The notes under the pieces were generated by a model that worked only from the letters and a program-made list of their open reading frames with translations, had not been told where the DNA came from and did no database searches. The position numbers and the translations under genes were made by a program. Positions 31,818-52,554 of a stretch of DNA of 64,000 nucleotides are shown here, in pieces (position 1 is the first letter of the stretch; every line of letters begins with the position of its first letter). The stretch is from Escherichia coli O127:H6 str. E2348/69. Lineage in GTDB: Bacteria > Pseudomonadota > Gammaproteobacteria > Enterobacterales > Enterobacteriaceae. The stretch is taken from assembly GCF_000026545.1 (NCBI RefSeq), contig NC_011601.1; one strand, written 5' to 3'.

Positions 31818-34079
31818 ATGTCGCAACATAACGAAAAGAACCCACATCAGCACCAGTCACCACTACACGATTCCAGCGAAGCGAAACCGGGGATGGACTC
31901 ACTGGCACCTGAAGACGGATCTCATCGTCCAGCGGCTGAACCAACACCGCCTGGTGCACAACCTACCGCCCCAGGGAGCCTGAAAGCCCCTGATACGCGT
32001 AACGAAAAACTTAATTCTCTGGAAGACGTACGCAAAGGCAGTGAAAATTATGCGCTGACCACTAATCAGGGCGTGCGCATCGCCGACGATCAAAACTCAC
32101 TGCGTGCCGGTAGCCGTGGTCCAACTCTGCTGGAAGATTTTATTCTGCGCGAGAAAATCACTCACTTTGACCATGAGCGCATCCCGGAACGTATTGTTCA
32201 TGCACGCGGATCAGCAGCTCACGGTTATTTCCAGCCATATAAAAGCTTAAGCGATATCACCAAAGCGGATTTCCTCTCAGATACGAACAAAATCACCCCA
32301 GTATTTGTTAGGTTCTCTACCGTTCAGGGCGGCGCTGGCTCTGCCGATACCGTACGTGATATCCGTGGCTTTGCCACCAAGTTCTATACTGAAGAGGGTA
32401 TTTTTGACCTCGTTGGCAATAACACGCCAATCTTCTTTATCCAGGATGCGCATAAATTCCCCGATTTTGTTCATGCGGTAAAACCAGAACCGCACTGGGC
32501 AATTCCACAAGGGCAAAGCGCCCACGATACTTTCTGGGATTATGTTTCTCTGCAACCTGAAACTCTGCACAACGTGATGTGGGCAATGTCGGATCGCGGT
32601 ATCCCGCGCAGTTACCGCACTATGGAAGGCTTCGGTATTCATACCTTCCGCCTGATTAATGCCGAAGGGAAGGCAACGTTCGTACGTTTCCACTGGAAAC
32701 CACTGGCAGGTAAAGCCTCACTCGTTTGGGATGAAGCACAAAAACTAACCGGACGTGACCCGGACTTCCACCGCCGCGAGTTGTGGGAAGCGATTGAAGC
32801 AGGCGATTTTCCTGAATACGAACTGGGCTTCCAGTTGATTCCTGAAGAAGACGAATTCAAGTTCGACTTCGATCTTCTCGATCCAACCAAACTTATCCCG
32901 GAAGAATTGGTGCCTGTTCAGCGTGTCGGCAAAATGGTGCTCAATCGTAATCCGGATAACTTCTTTGCTGAAAACGAACAGGTGGCTTTCCATCCAGGGC
33001 ATATTGTCCCCGGTCTGGATTTCACCAACGACCCGTTATTGCAGGGGCGTTTGTTCTCTTATACCGATACACAAATCAGTCGTCTTGGTGGGCCGAATTT
33101 CCATGAAATTCCGATTAACCGCCCGACCTGCCCTTACCATAATTTCCAGCGTGACGGCATGCATCGTATGGGGATCGACACTAACCCGGCGAATTACGAA
33201 CCGAACTCGATCAACGATAACTGGCCGCGCGAAACACCGCCGGGGCCGAAACGCGGCGGTTTTGAATCATACCAGGAACGCGTGGAAGGAAATAAAGTTC
33301 GCGAGCGCAGTCCATCGTTTGGCGAATATTATTCCCATCCGCGTCTGTTCTGGCTAAGTCAGACGCCATTCGAGCAGCGCCATATTGTCGATGGTTTCAG
33401 TTTTGAGTTAAGCAAAGTAGTTCGTCCGTATATTCGTGAGCGCGTTGTTGACCAGCTGGCGCATATTGATCTCACTCTGGCCCAGGCGGTGGCGAAAAAT
33501 CTCGGTATCGAACTGACTGATGACCAGCTGAATATCACCCCACCTCCGGACGTCAACGGTCTGAAAAAGGATCCATCCTTAAGTCTGTACTCCATTCCTG
33601 ACGGTGATGTGAAAGGTCGCGTGGTAGCAATTTTGCTTAATGATGAAGTGAGATCGGCAGACCTTCTGGCCATTCTCAAGGCGCTGAAGGCCAAAGGCGT
33701 TCATGCCAAACTGCTCTACTCCCGAATGGGGGAAGTGACTGCGGATGACGGTACGGTGTTGCCTATAGCTGCTACCTTTGCCGGTGCGCCTTCGCTGACG
33801 GTCGATGCAGTCATTGTCCCTTGCGGCAATATTGCGGATATCGCTGACAACGGCGATGCCAACTACTATCTGATGGAAGCCTACAAACACCTTAAACCGA
33901 TTGCGCTGGCAGGAGACGCGCGCAAGTTTAAAGCAACAATCAAGGTCGCTGACCAGGGTGAAGAAGGGATTGCGGAAGCTGACAGCGCCGATGGTAGTTT
34001 TATGGATGAACTGTTAACGCTGATGACAGCACACCGCGTGTGGTCACGCATTCCTAAGATTGACAAAATCCCGGCGTAA
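31818..34079 (+). CDS. katE: catalase HPII
   Basis: 753 aa [38 protein letters not shown]...; catalase core then C-terminal flavodoxin-like domain. Confidence 0.95.
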   Translation: MSQHNEKNPHQHQSPLHDSSEAKPGMDSLAPEDGSHRPAAEPTPPGAQPTAPGSLKAPDTRNEKLNSLEDVRKGSENYALTTNQGVRIADDQNSLRAGSRGPTLLEDFILREKITHFDHERIPERIVHARGSAAHGYFQPYKSLSDITKADFLSDTNKITPVFVRFSTVQGGAGSADTVRDIRGFATKFYTEEGIFDLVGNNTPIFFIQDAHKFPDFVHAVKPEPHWAIPQGQSAHDTFWDYVSLQPETLHNVMWAMSDRGIPRSYRTMEGFGIHTFRLINAEGKATFVRFHWKPLAGKASLVWDEAQKLTGRDPDFHRRELWEAIEAGDFPEYELGFQLIPEEDEFKFDFDLLDPTKLIPEELVPVQRVGKMVLNRNPDNFFAENEQVAFHPGHIVPGLDFTNDPLLQGRLFSYTDTQISRLGGPNFHEIPINRPTCPYHNFQRDGMHRMGIDTNPANYEPNSINDNWPRETPPGPKRGGFESYQERVEGNKVRERSPSFGEYYSHPRLFWLSQTPFEQRHIVDGFSFELSKVVRPYIRERVVDQLAHIDLTLAQAVAKNLGIELTDDQLNITPPPDVNGLKKDPSLSLYSIPDGDVKGRVVAILLNDEVRSADLLAILKALKAKGVHAKLLYSRMGEVTADDGTVLPIAATFAGAPSLTVDAVIVPCGNIADIADNGDANYYLMEAYKHLKPIALAGDARKFKATIKVADQGEEGIAEADSADGSFMDELLTLMTAHRVWSRIPKIDKIPA

Positions 34080-34124
34080 ATATGGATAAGGTCACGCCCC
34101 TGGGGAGTGACCTTACCACCTTAC

Positions 34125-34895
<771 letters not shown>

Positions 34896-36248
34896 TTAAT
34901 GTGCTTTTTTAAGCTCTGCGATGCAGTCGGCAAAATTTGGCAGCCATTTCTCGTGCGCCAGAATCATCTCGCGTGCCAGCAGCTCAGCATCGCGATCGGA
35001 ATGCACCAACGGACTAAGGTTTAGCGCCAGTAAGACATCGTTAAATTCTCCACTAAGTGCGGCGTTGCTGGCAGCAATCTCGAAGCCTTTGATGGTGTGA
35101 ATCAGCCCCATCACTTTATCATCGAAATGCGTAATGCGCGGATGTGGCGTCGCGCCATCGCGCCCCAGCGTACAGGTCATTTCTACCGCCCAGTCTGCCG
35201 GAATATTATCAATATGCCCATGATGCGGGATATTAACGTAATGTTCTGCTTGCTTGTCGTTATAGATAGCGTTGATCACTTCGCACGCAGCATCAGAATA
35301 ATAAGCCCCACCGCGCTGTTCCAGTTCTTTCGGCTTAACGTTCAACTCCGGGTTTTTATATAGCTCAAAAAGTTGTTTCTCGACTTTCTGTACTACCTGC
35401 GCTCGTGCGCCGCCTTTGTAGTATTCGCCCATTTCAATAGCCAGCATCTCTTTTTGCTTGAAGTAATAAAGCAAATAAGAACACGGCAACAGATTCATAG
35501 AACGAATTAAGCCTTCGCTAAATGGCAGATCGAAAATATTTTTAACGCCAGATGCTTTTAACTGCCCGGATGCCACACCATCAAGCAATTCGGCAAAGCG
35601 TGATTTGCCATTTACCAGCACATCCTTAATGAACACCATATGGTTGAGGCCGAACAGATCGATAGATAAATCATCGCTGTCTTTCAGCATCAGAACATCG
35701 CGAATAAACATCTTCATGCCGATCGGAATATTACACACGCCGATAAAGCGTTTAAATCCGGTATGACGATAAACGGCTTCAGTGACCATTCCCGCCGGGT
35801 TAGTGAAGTTAATCACCCATGCATTCGGACATAGTTCTTCGACATCTTTTACGATGTCAAAAATCACCGGAATGGTACGCAGACCTTTAAACAGACCGCC
35901 CGCGCCGTTAGTTTCCTGACCAAGATAACCATGACTTAATGGAATACGTTCATCCAGTTCCCGCGCCGGTAATTGGCCAACGCGCAGTTGGGTAGTAACG
36001 AAATCAGCATCTTTCAATGCTTCGCGGCGATCCAGCGTTTTATAAAGCTTCATCGGGACGCCAGCGTTATCAATCATCCGTTGGCAGAGATCAAAAATAA
36101 TATCCAGTTTCGCTTTACCACCTTCGACATCCACCAGCCATAATTCGCTGACCGGCAATTCGTGATAACGCTTAATAAATCCTTCCAGTAACTCCGGGGT
36201 ATAGCTGCTCCCGCCACCAATAGTGACGACTTTTAATTTCTGGCTCAT
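34896..36248 (-). CDS. chbF: 6-phospho-beta-glucosidase (family 4 glycosidase)
   Basis: 450 aa from MSQKLKVVTIGGGSSYTPEL. Confidence 0.9.
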   Translation of the reverse strand: MSQKLKVVTIGGGSSYTPELLEGFIKRYHELPVSELWLVDVEGGKAKLDIIFDLCQRMIDNAGVPMKLYKTLDRREALKDADFVTTQLRVGQLPARELDERIPLSHGYLGQETNGAGGLFKGLRTIPVIFDIVKDVEELCPNAWVINFTNPAGMVTEAVYRHTGFKRFIGVCNIPIGMKMFIRDVLMLKDSDDLSIDLFGLNHMVFIKDVLVNGKSRFAELLDGVASGQLKASGVKNIFDLPFSEGLIRSMNLLPCSYLLYYFKQKEMLAIEMGEYYKGGARAQVVQKVEKQLFELYKNPELNVKPKELEQRGGAYYSDAACEVINAIYNDKQAEHYVNIPHHGHIDNIPADWAVEMTCTLGRDGATPHPRITHFDDKVMGLIHTIKGFEIAASNAALSGEFNDVLLALNLSPLVHSDRDAELLAREMILAHEKWLPNFADCIAELKKAH

Positions 36249-36351
36249 AATTTCTCCCTTCAGTACAGAATACTGATATCTGGCATATCTGCCCCCCGGA
36301 CACAAATAATCCAGCAACAGGACAGATATGTGAATTGTCAGGTATAACGAC

Positions 36352-37194
36352 TTACTGATTAAATTCAGTCAATTTCTTACGATAGCTCTTAGGCGTAAAG
36401 GATGTTAATTTCTTAAACGTTTTAATAAACAAGCTCGGGCTACTATAACCGGCCTCAAACGCAATATCCGTCACTGAATAGTTGGTCATTTCCAGTTGTT
36501 TTTTGGCAAAATTAATACGGATTTCATTAATAATCTGCATTGGCGTTTTACCATAGTATCGTTGAGTCGCTCGCGTCAAATATTCCTGTGATTTGGCTGA
36601 CAACGTCACCATATTCTCCAGCGCCGACTCACTGAACTGCTCTTTATCATGCATCTTTTCTACCGTACTTTTCAGCCACTGCGGTATATCATCAATCACC
36701 TGTTCTTCGCGGTAATAACGTAAACGGTTAATGACATAAAAAGTAACCATCTCAACAAACTCTTCCAGCCCTGTTTCGCGGAAATTCAATGAAGAAATCA
36801 CTGTTTCCACATAGGTGAGAAAAGCGTTATTGGTCCGGTATACCTGCGAAGCTACAAAGCAATAAGGCAACAACGGCAGGTAATGCTGCTCAAAAAAGCG
36901 TTTACTGATCCCAACGTTCAATATACGCGTGGCACCAAATTCATAAAAACTTTGATGGTGCGAACCTAACGGAATAAAAACAAAATCGCCCCGTTCCAGT
37001 AACACGCGCTTACCGTTAATCTCCTGGAAATAACGCCCGGTTAATACCAGAGTAAATTCATAATAGTCGTGCTGATGCAGTCCGCTGATACTCTCAGTTT
37101 TATTGTAGATAAACACATGGAAGTTTTTGCCATTAAACAACTGCTGTTCCCGGGCAGTGGCAATTTCCGGCGCGTTAATCACTGGCTGCATCAT
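36352..37194 (-). CDS. chbR: AraC-family dual regulator of chb operon
   Basis: 280 aa with C-terminal AraC HTH. Confidence 0.9.
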   Translation of the reverse strand: MMQPVINAPEIATAREQQLFNGKNFHVFIYNKTESISGLHQHDYYEFTLVLTGRYFQEINGKRVLLERGDFVFIPLGSHHQSFYEFGATRILNVGISKRFFEQHYLPLLPYCFVASQVYRTNNAFLTYVETVISSLNFRETGLEEFVEMVTFYVINRLRYYREEQVIDDIPQWLKSTVEKMHDKEQFSESALENMVTLSAKSQEYLTRATQRYYGKTPMQIINEIRINFAKKQLEMTNYSVTDIAFEAGYSSPSLFIKTFKKLTSFTPKSYRKKLTEFNQ

Positions 37195-37201
37195 CGACTC
37201 C

Positions 37202-37552
37202 TTATGCCTTCAGTTTTTCATGAAGCTCAATTAATTCAGTAATCAGTTCACGCGCAAGCATGGACGTCATTAAATGATCCTGAGCGTGGACCAGCACCAG
37301 ACTCACTTTCATCTTACCTTCGCCAGCATCGCCTTCAATCAGTTTCGTCTGTACCAGATGCGCTTCATTCAATGCCATCCGTGACTGATCCATCATCGCT
37401 TTTGCTGCGGCAAAATCGCCCTGCTTCGCCTGTTTCAGTGCCGCATACGCCAGGCTACGCGCTTGTCCGGAGTTGATGATAAGCCCCATCACCACTTCTT
37501 CCAGCTCTTCAGCTTCCGTTTGCGTATCGGGAATATTATCGAGATCCATCAT
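37202..37552 (-). CDS. chbA: PTS N,N'-diacetylchitobiose-specific EIIA
   Basis: 116 aa lactose/cellobiose-family IIA. Confidence 0.9.
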   Translation of the reverse strand: MMDLDNIPDTQTEAEELEEVVMGLIINSGQARSLAYAALKQAKQGDFAAAKAMMDQSRMALNEAHLVQTKLIEGDAGEGKMKVSLVLVHAQDHLMTSMLARELITELIELHEKLKA

Positions 37553-37602
37553 ACATCGTTCCTCTCTATTCTTACCGGCACGATTACCCGTACCGGCATC
37601 AA

Positions 37603-38961
37603 TTAAAATTTCAGGGCGTTGGCGATATCTTCTTCGCTCTCTTCTTTATCAATCGCGTTTTGTGCTTTGTTAGCGACCACAACAAAGGGCAGATAAATTA
37701 ACGTTGCGATACCAAGGTTGAAGAGTGCGACCAGCAATGCGGCGACGCTACCGTTGGTGTTAAAGAAGGCTCCCAGACCGGTTGGCATGGTCCACGGTGC
37801 AATATTGGTCACCGGTGGAATAATGCCCATGTAGTACGCTGCCAGGGTGATTGCCGCCAGAATCGGTTGTACCAGTACAAACGGGATAAACATCACCGGG
37901 TTCATGATAATTGGCAGACCAAACAGAATCGGTTCGTTAATCTGGAAGATGCCGGACGGCAGCGCCAATTTTGCCACCTGACGATAATCAGCACGGCGAG
38001 AAGCGATTAAGATAGCCAGGATCAGGCCTAAAGTCACGCCACTGCCACCAAGGAAAATAAAGGAGTCCAGCATCGGTTTGGCCCAGATATGGAAGGTCTT
38101 ACCGGCTGCCAGCGCCGCTTCGACGGAACCATATTGCTGATAGGTCGCGATATTTTCCAGCGCCCACGGCGTCATAATGCCGTTGTCCAGTGCGGTCAGC
38201 GCCAGCGCGCCATGAATACCGAAGAACCAGAGCAGTGGAACAAAGATCACATAGGCCCAGCCTACCACGCTACCCAACGATGCCAGTGGGGTTGAGATGG
38301 TATCCATAATGATCTGATGGAAGTTAGTGCCCCAGGTATTCAACGCCCAGGCAATAATCCCCATCACGGAAAGAATAATAAAACCGGGAATTAATGCTGA
38401 GAAAGAGCGCGAAACCGATGTCGGAACGCTATCAGGTAACTTAATGACCCAGTTACGATGAACAATAAAGGTAAATATTTCTGCCACCACCAGGCCAATA
38501 ATAATCCCGGAGATGATATTCGCCCCACCTAACCAGTTTGCGCCAACCGCATAGGCCTCACCGACACTATATGGGGTGACGGTCATAAATGCTGCAACGG
38601 ATAACAACCCGGCCGCCAGCGCATCGACTTTACGCTCTTCTGCCAGCGCCATGCCAATAAAGAACGGGGCCATTAAAGACATTATCCCTAATGTTCCGTT
38701 ATATACGTTGCCGCCAATACCTTTCAGACCATTAAGTGTTTCAATGGTTGAGGCATCCAGGCGAATACCTAAGGAATAAAAAAACGACCCCTCCCCAAAG
38801 CTTAGAAAAACGTTGTTAATTAATACAAACATGGCCCCCGCAAGGGTTAACGGCATTAAGCGAATAAAGCCATTTTTGATTGCATTAACGTGTGGCTGCT
38901 TTCCTATTTTAACTGCAAAAGGGAGGAGTACCTTTTCAAGCGATGCAATAACATTACTCAT
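37603..38961 (-). CDS. chbC: PTS N,N'-diacetylchitobiose-specific EIIC
   Basis: 452 aa multi-TM IIC. Confidence 0.9.
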   Translation of the reverse strand: MSNVIASLEKVLLPFAVKIGKQPHVNAIKNGFIRLMPLTLAGAMFVLINNVFLSFGEGSFFYSLGIRLDASTIETLNGLKGIGGNVYNGTLGIMSLMAPFFIGMALAEERKVDALAAGLLSVAAFMTVTPYSVGEAYAVGANWLGGANIISGIIIGLVVAEIFTFIVHRNWVIKLPDSVPTSVSRSFSALIPGFIILSVMGIIAWALNTWGTNFHQIIMDTISTPLASLGSVVGWAYVIFVPLLWFFGIHGALALTALDNGIMTPWALENIATYQQYGSVEAALAAGKTFHIWAKPMLDSFIFLGGSGVTLGLILAILIASRRADYRQVAKLALPSGIFQINEPILFGLPIIMNPVMFIPFVLVQPILAAITLAAYYMGIIPPVTNIAPWTMPTGLGAFFNTNGSVAALLVALFNLGIATLIYLPFVVVANKAQNAIDKEESEEDIANALKF

Positions 38962-39045
38962 AGAAAAATACCCTTAAAAACCGCAATTTAAATATTGCGG
39001 TATTGATTTATGAAATAACTCTTTGACGGGAAAATTTAAAATAAA

Positions 39046-39366
39046 TTAATTTGCTGCGGCTTTTTTAATCGCTGCAACCGCAGCCTTAAGCACGCCTAAA
39101 CCATCGACTTTGCCATAAAGCAGCGAGTCAATTACTTCAACCGGTTTGTTGGGTAACAAACGCTGGATTTCGGGCAACATATAAGCAATCTGCGGCCCTA
39201 ATAACACGACATCGGCATTCTGACCTTTTTCACCAGCCAGTGTTTCCGGAAATGCTTCAATAATGACCGGAACTTCATATTTTTCTGCCTGTGCGCGCAT
39301 TTTTGATACCAGTAAAGAGGTAGACATGCCCGCAGAACAAAACAGATAAATGTGTTTCTTTTCCAT
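39046..39366 (-). CDS. chbB: PTS N,N'-diacetylchitobiose-specific EIIB
   Basis: 106 aa, [20 protein letters not shown] with active-site Cys. Confidence 0.9.
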   Translation of the reverse strand: MEKKHIYLFCSAGMSTSLLVSKMRAQAEKYEVPVIIEAFPETLAGEKGQNADVVLLGPQIAYMLPEIQRLLPNKPVEVIDSLLYGKVDGLGVLKAAVAAIKKAAAN

Positions 39367-39604
39367 AAAACTGCCCTCATCGACGATTATCTGTCAGCCA
39401 GACACTCCGCAAGCCTTAACCTGCTTCCATGCTCTGGGTAACTTGCGAAACCAACATGACTTTTTTTGTGGCTGAAAGGAGTATACGGTATAGGCCTGAG
39501 CAATAGTATTTCTTTGACCTTAAAAATTGTCTCTCCTTGACCTGTGGTTATGACCCTCTTCACATTTCGGGCAAATAATTCGCGAAGATAATTAAGAACA
39601 CAGG

Positions 39605-39640
39605 CCAAAAAAAAACCGGCGCAATGGCCGGTTTCCGTTG
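39605..39640 (-). terminator. terminator after osmE
   Basis: aaccggccattgcgccggtt hairpin followed by T9 on minus strand. Confidence 0.65.
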
Positions 39641-39665
39641 TTACTCAAGCTTTCAGGCGAAGTGA

Positions 39666-40004
39666 TTACTTCGGAGCCTGTGGATCAGTGTCGTATTCAG
39701 CACAGGTCTGATAACCGGAGTTGATGACATGTCCGGTATCATCTAACGCGACAAAGTAGGTTTCTGCTTTACCATCACGTTGACCCAGGATGTAGGTCTG
39801 GCAAGTACCACGAGCATGGATCATGCTCACTTCAGACGAAGGTTTACCCGCAATTTGTGCAACCTGCGCCCGGCTCATGCCTTTTTTGACGTCTTTCACC
39901 ACAGGCTGTACAAACTGGTCTTTGGTACGATCATAAGCCGTACAACCCGCCAGCATGGTTAATACCGCCGCTGCACTCAGAATTCCTGCCATATTCTTGT
40001 TCAT
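39666..40004 (-). CDS. osmE: osmotically inducible lipoprotein E
   Basis: 112 aa with lipobox LAGC. Confidence 0.9.
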   Translation of the reverse strand: MNKNMAGILSAAAVLTMLAGCTAYDRTKDQFVQPVVKDVKKGMSRAQVAQIAGKPSSEVSMIHARGTCQTYILGQRDGKAETYFVALDDTGHVINSGYQTCAEYDTDPQAPK

Positions 40005-40205
40005 ATTCCGTCCTCTTGTTTATCAGCGTGTTAGATAAGCCTGGAATACATTGGGCGCTTTTTCAAGCCCGTGAACGAAACGGCTCCGCTTTCAGAGGAT
40101 TCCTGTATGACGTTTTAACCACCATTCAGCCCGCTGTCGCTTGTCGTTTCAGTAGCAACGGGTTAGCTTTAAGGAAGTTTTGTCTTTTCTGTCTGGAGGG
40201 GTTCA

Positions 40206-41033
40206 ATGACATTGCAACAACAAATAATAAAGGCGCTGGGCGCAAAACCGCAGATTAATGCTGAAGAGGAAATTCGTCGTAGTATCGATTTTCTGAAAAG
40301 CTACCTGCAAACTTATCCGTTCATTAAATCACTGGTGCTCGGGATCAGCGGCGGTCAGGACTCCACGCTTGCCGGTAAGCTGTGCCAGATGGCGATTAAT
40401 GAGCTGCGCCAGAAAACCGGCAACGAATCACTGCAATTTATTGCCGTACGCCTGCCCTATGGTGTCCAGGCCGACGAACAAGATTGCCAGGATGCCATCG
40501 CCTTTATTCAACCGGATCGCGTATTAACCGTTAATATCAAGGGCGCGGTACTCGCCAGCGAGCAGGCATTGCGGGAAGCAGGCATTGAACTGAGCGATTT
40601 TGTCCGTGGCAATGAAAAAGCGCGTGAGCGGATGAAAGCACAATATAGCATTGCGGGTATGACCAGCGGTGTCGTGGTAGGCACCGATCATGCAGCAGAA
40701 GCCATTACCGGATTCTTCACTAAATATGGTGACGGCGGTACGGACATTAATCCGCTGTATCGTCTCAACAAACGTCAGGGTAAGCAGTTACTGGCGGCAT
40801 TAGGTTGCCCGGAACACCTTTATAAGAAAGCGCCAACGGCCGATCTTGAAGATGATCGCCCTTCTCTGCCGGATGAAGTGGCACTCGGCGTGACCTATGA
40901 CAATATCGACGACTATCTGGAAGGGAAAAACGTACCTGAACAGGTCGCCAGAACAATAGAGAACTGGTATCTGAAAACCGAACATAAACGCCGTCCGCCA
41001 ATTACCGTTTTCGATGATTTCTGGAAAAAGTAA
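40206..41033 (+). CDS. nadE: NH3-dependent NAD+ synthetase
   Basis: 275 aa, SGGQDS PP-loop motif. Confidence 0.95.
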   Translation: MTLQQQIIKALGAKPQINAEEEIRRSIDFLKSYLQTYPFIKSLVLGISGGQDSTLAGKLCQMAINELRQKTGNESLQFIAVRLPYGVQADEQDCQDAIAFIQPDRVLTVNIKGAVLASEQALREAGIELSDFVRGNEKARERMKAQYSIAGMTSGVVVGTDHAAEAITGFFTKYGDGGTDINPLYRLNKRQGKQLLAALGCPEHLYKKAPTADLEDDRPSLPDEVALGVTYDNIDDYLEGKNVPEQVARTIENWYLKTEHKRRPPITVFDDFWKK

Positions 41034-41230
41034 TAATTTGCACATATTGGTTTGTACGAAAAAGAGTACTTTGTTCACGCCGGATGCGGCGTGAACGCCT
41101 TACTCGACCTACAAAACTATGCAAATTCAATACATTGCAGGAGTCGAATAGGCCTGACAGGCGTAGCACGTCAAACGGTGTAACCTTTGTCATCGACCCG
41201 CCTCTTTTTTAATCGCTCTCCGCCTGTTAC

Positions 41231-41249
41231 ACTGGATAGATAACCAGCA
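41231..41249 (+). promoter_or_regulatory. LexA (SOS) box upstream of cho
   Basis: aCTGgatagataacCAGca fits CTG-N10-CAG, 14 bp upstream of cho start. Confidence 0.6.
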
Positions 41250-41262
41250 TTCGGAGTCAACA

Positions 41263-42763
<1,501 letters not shown>

Positions 42764-42789
42764 TTAGTGGCGATCAGGCTTTTTTTGCA

Positions 42790-42870
42790 TCTGTTTGAGA
42801 ACAAAAAAGAAAACCGCCGATCCTGTCCACCGCATTACTGCAAGGTAGTGGACAAGACCGGCGGTCTTAA
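42790..42870 (-). terminator. terminator after spy
   Basis: ggacaggatcggcggttttctttttt on minus strand. Confidence 0.6.
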
Positions 42871-42887
42871 GTTTTTTGGCTGAAAGA

Positions 42888-43373
42888 TTATTCAGCAGTT
42901 GCAGGCATTTTACCTTTTGCCGCTGGACGTTCTGTCAGACGCTTCTCAAAATTAGCATTAAATTGCTTTTTCTGTTCCGGCGTCAGGATGTTGTAAATCT
43001 TGTTCTGGGTTTCCATGTGCGCCAGCATGTTAGCTTTGCGCTGTTCTTCCATTTTTGCGATCTGCGCTTCAGCTTTTGCTTTATCGAAGGTATCGCTGGC
43101 AATGATGTCATGCATTGCGCGGCGTTCTTCCAGCGGCGGACGTTTCATCTGGTCACGCTGGCCTTTCATGATTTCGCGGATCTGCTGTTTCTGCGCGTCG
43201 GTCAGGTTCAGGTCTTTGAACATCATGTCCTCATGCGGACCGAACTTGCCTTTGTGGTGCATCATCGGCTTCGCGTCAGCCGGTGCTGCGGTAGTGGTGT
43301 CTGCGGCATGGGCCAGGTTAGCCGCGCCAAGAGCCAGGGTAGAGGCAACAAACAGTGCAGTTAATTTACGCAT
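42888..43373 (-). CDS. spy: periplasmic chaperone Spy
   Basis: 161 aa with signal peptide, LTDAQKQQIREIMK. Confidence 0.95.
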   Translation of the reverse strand: MRKLTALFVASTLALGAANLAHAADTTTAAPADAKPMMHHKGKFGPHEDMMFKDLNLTDAQKQQIREIMKGQRDQMKRPPLEERRAMHDIIASDTFDKAKAEAQIAKMEEQRKANMLAHMETQNKIYNILTPEQKKQFNANFEKRLTERPAAKGKMPATAE

Positions 43374-43702
43374 ATTCTATATCCTTCCTTTCAGTTATTT
43401 ATTACGGCTTTCTTAAGTAGCGTGCCGTGTTGACGAGATTAACTTTACTGACTTTAGCGTCAATTAATCAGAGCAACGGTAAAACAATGAAAGTGTAAAA
43501 AACACTTTTTCGCCAATTATGGAGAAAAAAAGAAAATTTGATGGAGAGTAATGAGAGAATATTACAACACGATGATTTTGCAGAGATTATGAAGAACTAT
43601 ACCGGATGACTGATGATAAATAAAGCAAATAACCAGGATTAATCTGTATTAATTTATAAGAAAGTAACTTAATACCCGCAGAATGATTTCTGCGGGTAAG
43701 TA

Positions 43703-49766
<6,064 letters not shown>

Positions 49767-49802
49767 TTAATAATAAGTAATGTTTGCGCTGTAAATGTAG
49801 AT

Positions 49803-49819
49803 TGCAGGGTTCGTGCCAG
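49803..49819 (-). promoter_or_regulatory. sigma-54 promoter of astCADBE
   Basis: Minus strand reads CTGGCACGAACCCTGCA (GG-N10-GC), about 70 bp upstream of astC start. Confidence 0.7.
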
Positions 49820-50175
49820 CCAGTGATAAAAGTGCATAAACGGCGGAGGCTAACTGGAAATCAAGCAGTTATAACCACATCATATGCATTTAAAGTGCAT
49901 ATAAAGTGAATACGTTTGCGATGTGGGTGAATAAAAAGAATAAAAAACGCAATGTTATGCAGAAGTAAAATATAATTCTGGAATTGTGATCATTGACGAA
50001 ATTTACTGGAAATTACTGCGCCATTCTGACGCAACGCGCACCAAAAGCGGGCATTTTTTGCGCCATCGTTGACATCATTAACAACCATCGATCAAATCAC
50101 TTAACAACAGGCGGTAAGCAAAGCGAAATTCTGCTACCATCCACGCACTCTTTATCTGAATAAATGGCAGCGACT

Positions 50176-50982
50176 ATGAAATTTGTCTCTTTTAATATCA
50201 ACGGCCTGCGCGCCAGACCTCACCAGCTTGAAGCCATCGTCGAAAAGCACCAACCGGATGTGATTGGCCTGCAGGAGACAAAAGTTCATGACGATATGTT
50301 TCCGCTCGAAGAGGTGGCGAAGCTCGGCTACAACGTGTTTTATCACGGGCAGAAAGGCCATTATGGCGTGGCGCTGCTGACCAAAGAGACGCCGATTGCC
50401 GTGCGTCGCGGCTTTCCCGGTGACGACGAAGAGGCGCAACGGCGGATTATTATGGCGGAAATCCCCTCGCCGCTGGGCAATGTCACCGTGATCAACGGTT
50501 ACTTCCCGCAGGGTGAAAGCCGCGACCATCCGATAAAATTCCCGGCAAAGGCGCAGTTTTATCAGAATCTGCAAAACTACCTGGAAACCGAACTCAAGCG
50601 TGAAAATCCGGTGCTGATTATGGGCGATATGAATATCAGTCCTGGCGACCTGGATATTGGCATTGGCGAAGAGAACCGTAAGCGCTGGCTGCGTACCGGA
50701 AAATGTTCTTTCCTTCCGGAGGAACGCGAATGGATGGAGAGGCTGATGAGCTGGGGGTTGGTCGATACCTTCCGCCATGCGAATCCGCAAACAGCAGATC
50801 GTTTCTCATGGTTTGATTACCGCTCAAAAGGTTTTGACGATAATCGCGGTCTGCGCATCGACCTGCTGCTCGCCAGCCAACCGCTGGCAGAATGTTGCGT
50901 AGAAACCGGCATCGACTATGAAATTCGCAGCATGGAAAAACCGTCCGATCACGCCCCCGTCTGGGCGACCTTCCGCCGCTAA
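50176..50982 (+). CDS. xthA: exodeoxyribonuclease III
   Basis: 268 aa from [14 protein letters not shown]. Confidence 0.95.
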   Translation: MKFVSFNINGLRARPHQLEAIVEKHQPDVIGLQETKVHDDMFPLEEVAKLGYNVFYHGQKGHYGVALLTKETPIAVRRGFPGDDEEAQRRIIMAEIPSPLGNVTVINGYFPQGESRDHPIKFPAKAQFYQNLQNYLETELKRENPVLIMGDMNISPGDLDIGIGEENRKRWLRTGKCSFLPEEREWMERLMSWGLVDTFRHANPQTADRFSWFDYRSKGFDDNRGLRIDLLLASQPLAECCVETGIDYEIRSMEKPSDHAPVWATFRR

Positions 50983-51148
50983 TTTAGCTGATCTCCTGGC
51001 TCAAACTGGGTCAGGAGAATTAACCTTGAGAAAAATCAACAAACTGTCAGTAATGATTTGTTGCCTGCCGTCCTTTGTTATACCGTCACTGCGTTTTTAG
51101 TTGTCTGACCACTTCTCTATTATCAAGTTTGATATAGGAAACTCCACG

Positions 51149-51859
51149 ATGAACGCTGAGCGTAAATTTCTTTTTGCCTGTCTTATTTTTGCGCTGGTCA
51201 TTTACGCTATCCACGCTTTCGGTTTATTCGATCTGCTCACCGATTTACCCCACTTACAGACACTCATTCGCCAGAGCGGATTGTTCGGCTATAGCCTCTA
51301 TATTCTGTTATTCATCATTGCCGCCCTCTTTCTGTTACCAGGAAGCATACTGGTGATCGCGGGAGGAATAGTTTTTGGCCCGCTCTTAGGGACACTACTC
51401 TCATTAATTGCCGCCACGCTGGCCTCCTCGTGCTCATTCCTGCTGGCGCGCTGGCTGGGACGTGATTTACTGCTGAAATACGTTGGCCATAGCCATACCT
51501 TCCAGGCCATTGAAAAAGGCATTGCGCGTAACGGTATTGATTTTCTTATTCTGACCCGCTTAATCCCGTTGTTTCCTTACAATATTCAAAATTACGCTTA
51601 CGGATTAACCACAATCGCCTTCTGGCCTTATACCCTTATTTCGGCACTCACGACCCTACCCGGTATTGTTATTTATACCGTGATGGCAAGCGATCTCGCC
51701 AATGAAGGCATTACGCTGCGCTTTATTTTACAACTCTGTCTGGCGGGCCTGGCACTGTTTATTCTCGTCCAGCTCGCAAAACTCTACGCCCGACACAAAC
51801 ATGTGGATCTGTCTGCTTCTCGCCGCTGCCCACTTTCTCACCCAAAAAATGAAGGATAG
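51149..51859 (+). CDS. ydjX: DedA/TVP38-family inner membrane protein YdjX
   Basis: 236 aa from MNAERKFLF. Confidence 0.85.
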   Translation: MNAERKFLFACLIFALVIYAIHAFGLFDLLTDLPHLQTLIRQSGLFGYSLYILLFIIAALFLLPGSILVIAGGIVFGPLLGTLLSLIAATLASSCSFLLARWLGRDLLLKYVGHSHTFQAIEKGIARNGIDFLILTRLIPLFPYNIQNYAYGLTTIAFWPYTLISALTTLPGIVIYTVMASDLANEGITLRFILQLCLAGLALFILVQLAKLYARHKHVDLSASRRCPLSHPKNEG

Positions 51860-51863
51860 AACG

Positions 51864-52541
51864 ATGTTGCAACATTATTCAGTGTCATGGAAAAAAGGAC
51901 TGGCTGCACTCTGCTTACTGGCTGTTGCTGGGCTTAGCGGCTGCGATCAAAAAGAGAATGCGGCTGCAAAAGTGGAATACGACGGACTTTCGAACAGCCA
52001 ACCGCTGCGTGTCGATGCCAATAACCATACGGTAACCATGCTGGTGCAAATTAATGGTCGTTTCCTCACCGACGACACTCGTCACGGTATTGTGTTTAAA
52101 GATGGCTCCAACGGACATAAATCGCTGTTTATGGGTTATGCGACTCCGAAAGCATTTTATGAAGCCCTGAAAGAGGCAGGTGGTACGCCGGGCGAAAACA
52201 TGACGATGGATAATAAAGAAACGACTCATGTCACAGGCAGCAAACTGGATATTTCGGTCAACTGGCAAGGGGCGGCAAAAGCGTATTCCTTCGATGAAGT
52301 GATTGTTGACAGTAATGGCAAGAAACTGGACATGCGCTTTGGCGGTAATTTAACGGCAGCAGAAGAGAAGAAAACGGGTTGCCTGGTGTGTCTGGATAGC
52401 TGCCCGGTCGGCATCGTCAGCAATGCAACATACACTTATGGTGCGGTGGAAAAACGCGGCGAAGTGAAATTCAAAGGCAATGCCTCAGTTCTCCCGGCGG
52501 ATAACACGCTGGCAACGGTTACCTTTAAAATCACCGAATAA
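51864..52541 (+). CDS. ydjY: uncharacterized protein YdjY
   Basis: 225 aa from MLQHYSVSWKKGL; signal/lipoprotein-like N-terminus (LSGC). Confidence 0.8.
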   Translation: MLQHYSVSWKKGLAALCLLAVAGLSGCDQKENAAAKVEYDGLSNSQPLRVDANNHTVTMLVQINGRFLTDDTRHGIVFKDGSNGHKSLFMGYATPKAFYEALKEAGGTPGENMTMDNKETTHVTGSKLDISVNWQGAAKAYSFDEVIVDSNGKKLDMRFGGNLTAAEEKKTGCLVCLDSCPVGIVSNATYTYGAVEKRGEVKFKGNASVLPADNTLATVTFKITE

Positions 52542-52554
52542 AGCAGGATAACGG

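Noticed and set aside
49870-50160. Precise ArgR and NtrC binding sites upstream of the astC sigma-54 promoter
   Set aside because: The region is AT-rich with several TGAAT/ATTCA-like half-sites, but I could not place complete ARG boxes confidently by eye; only the sigma-54 core is reported.
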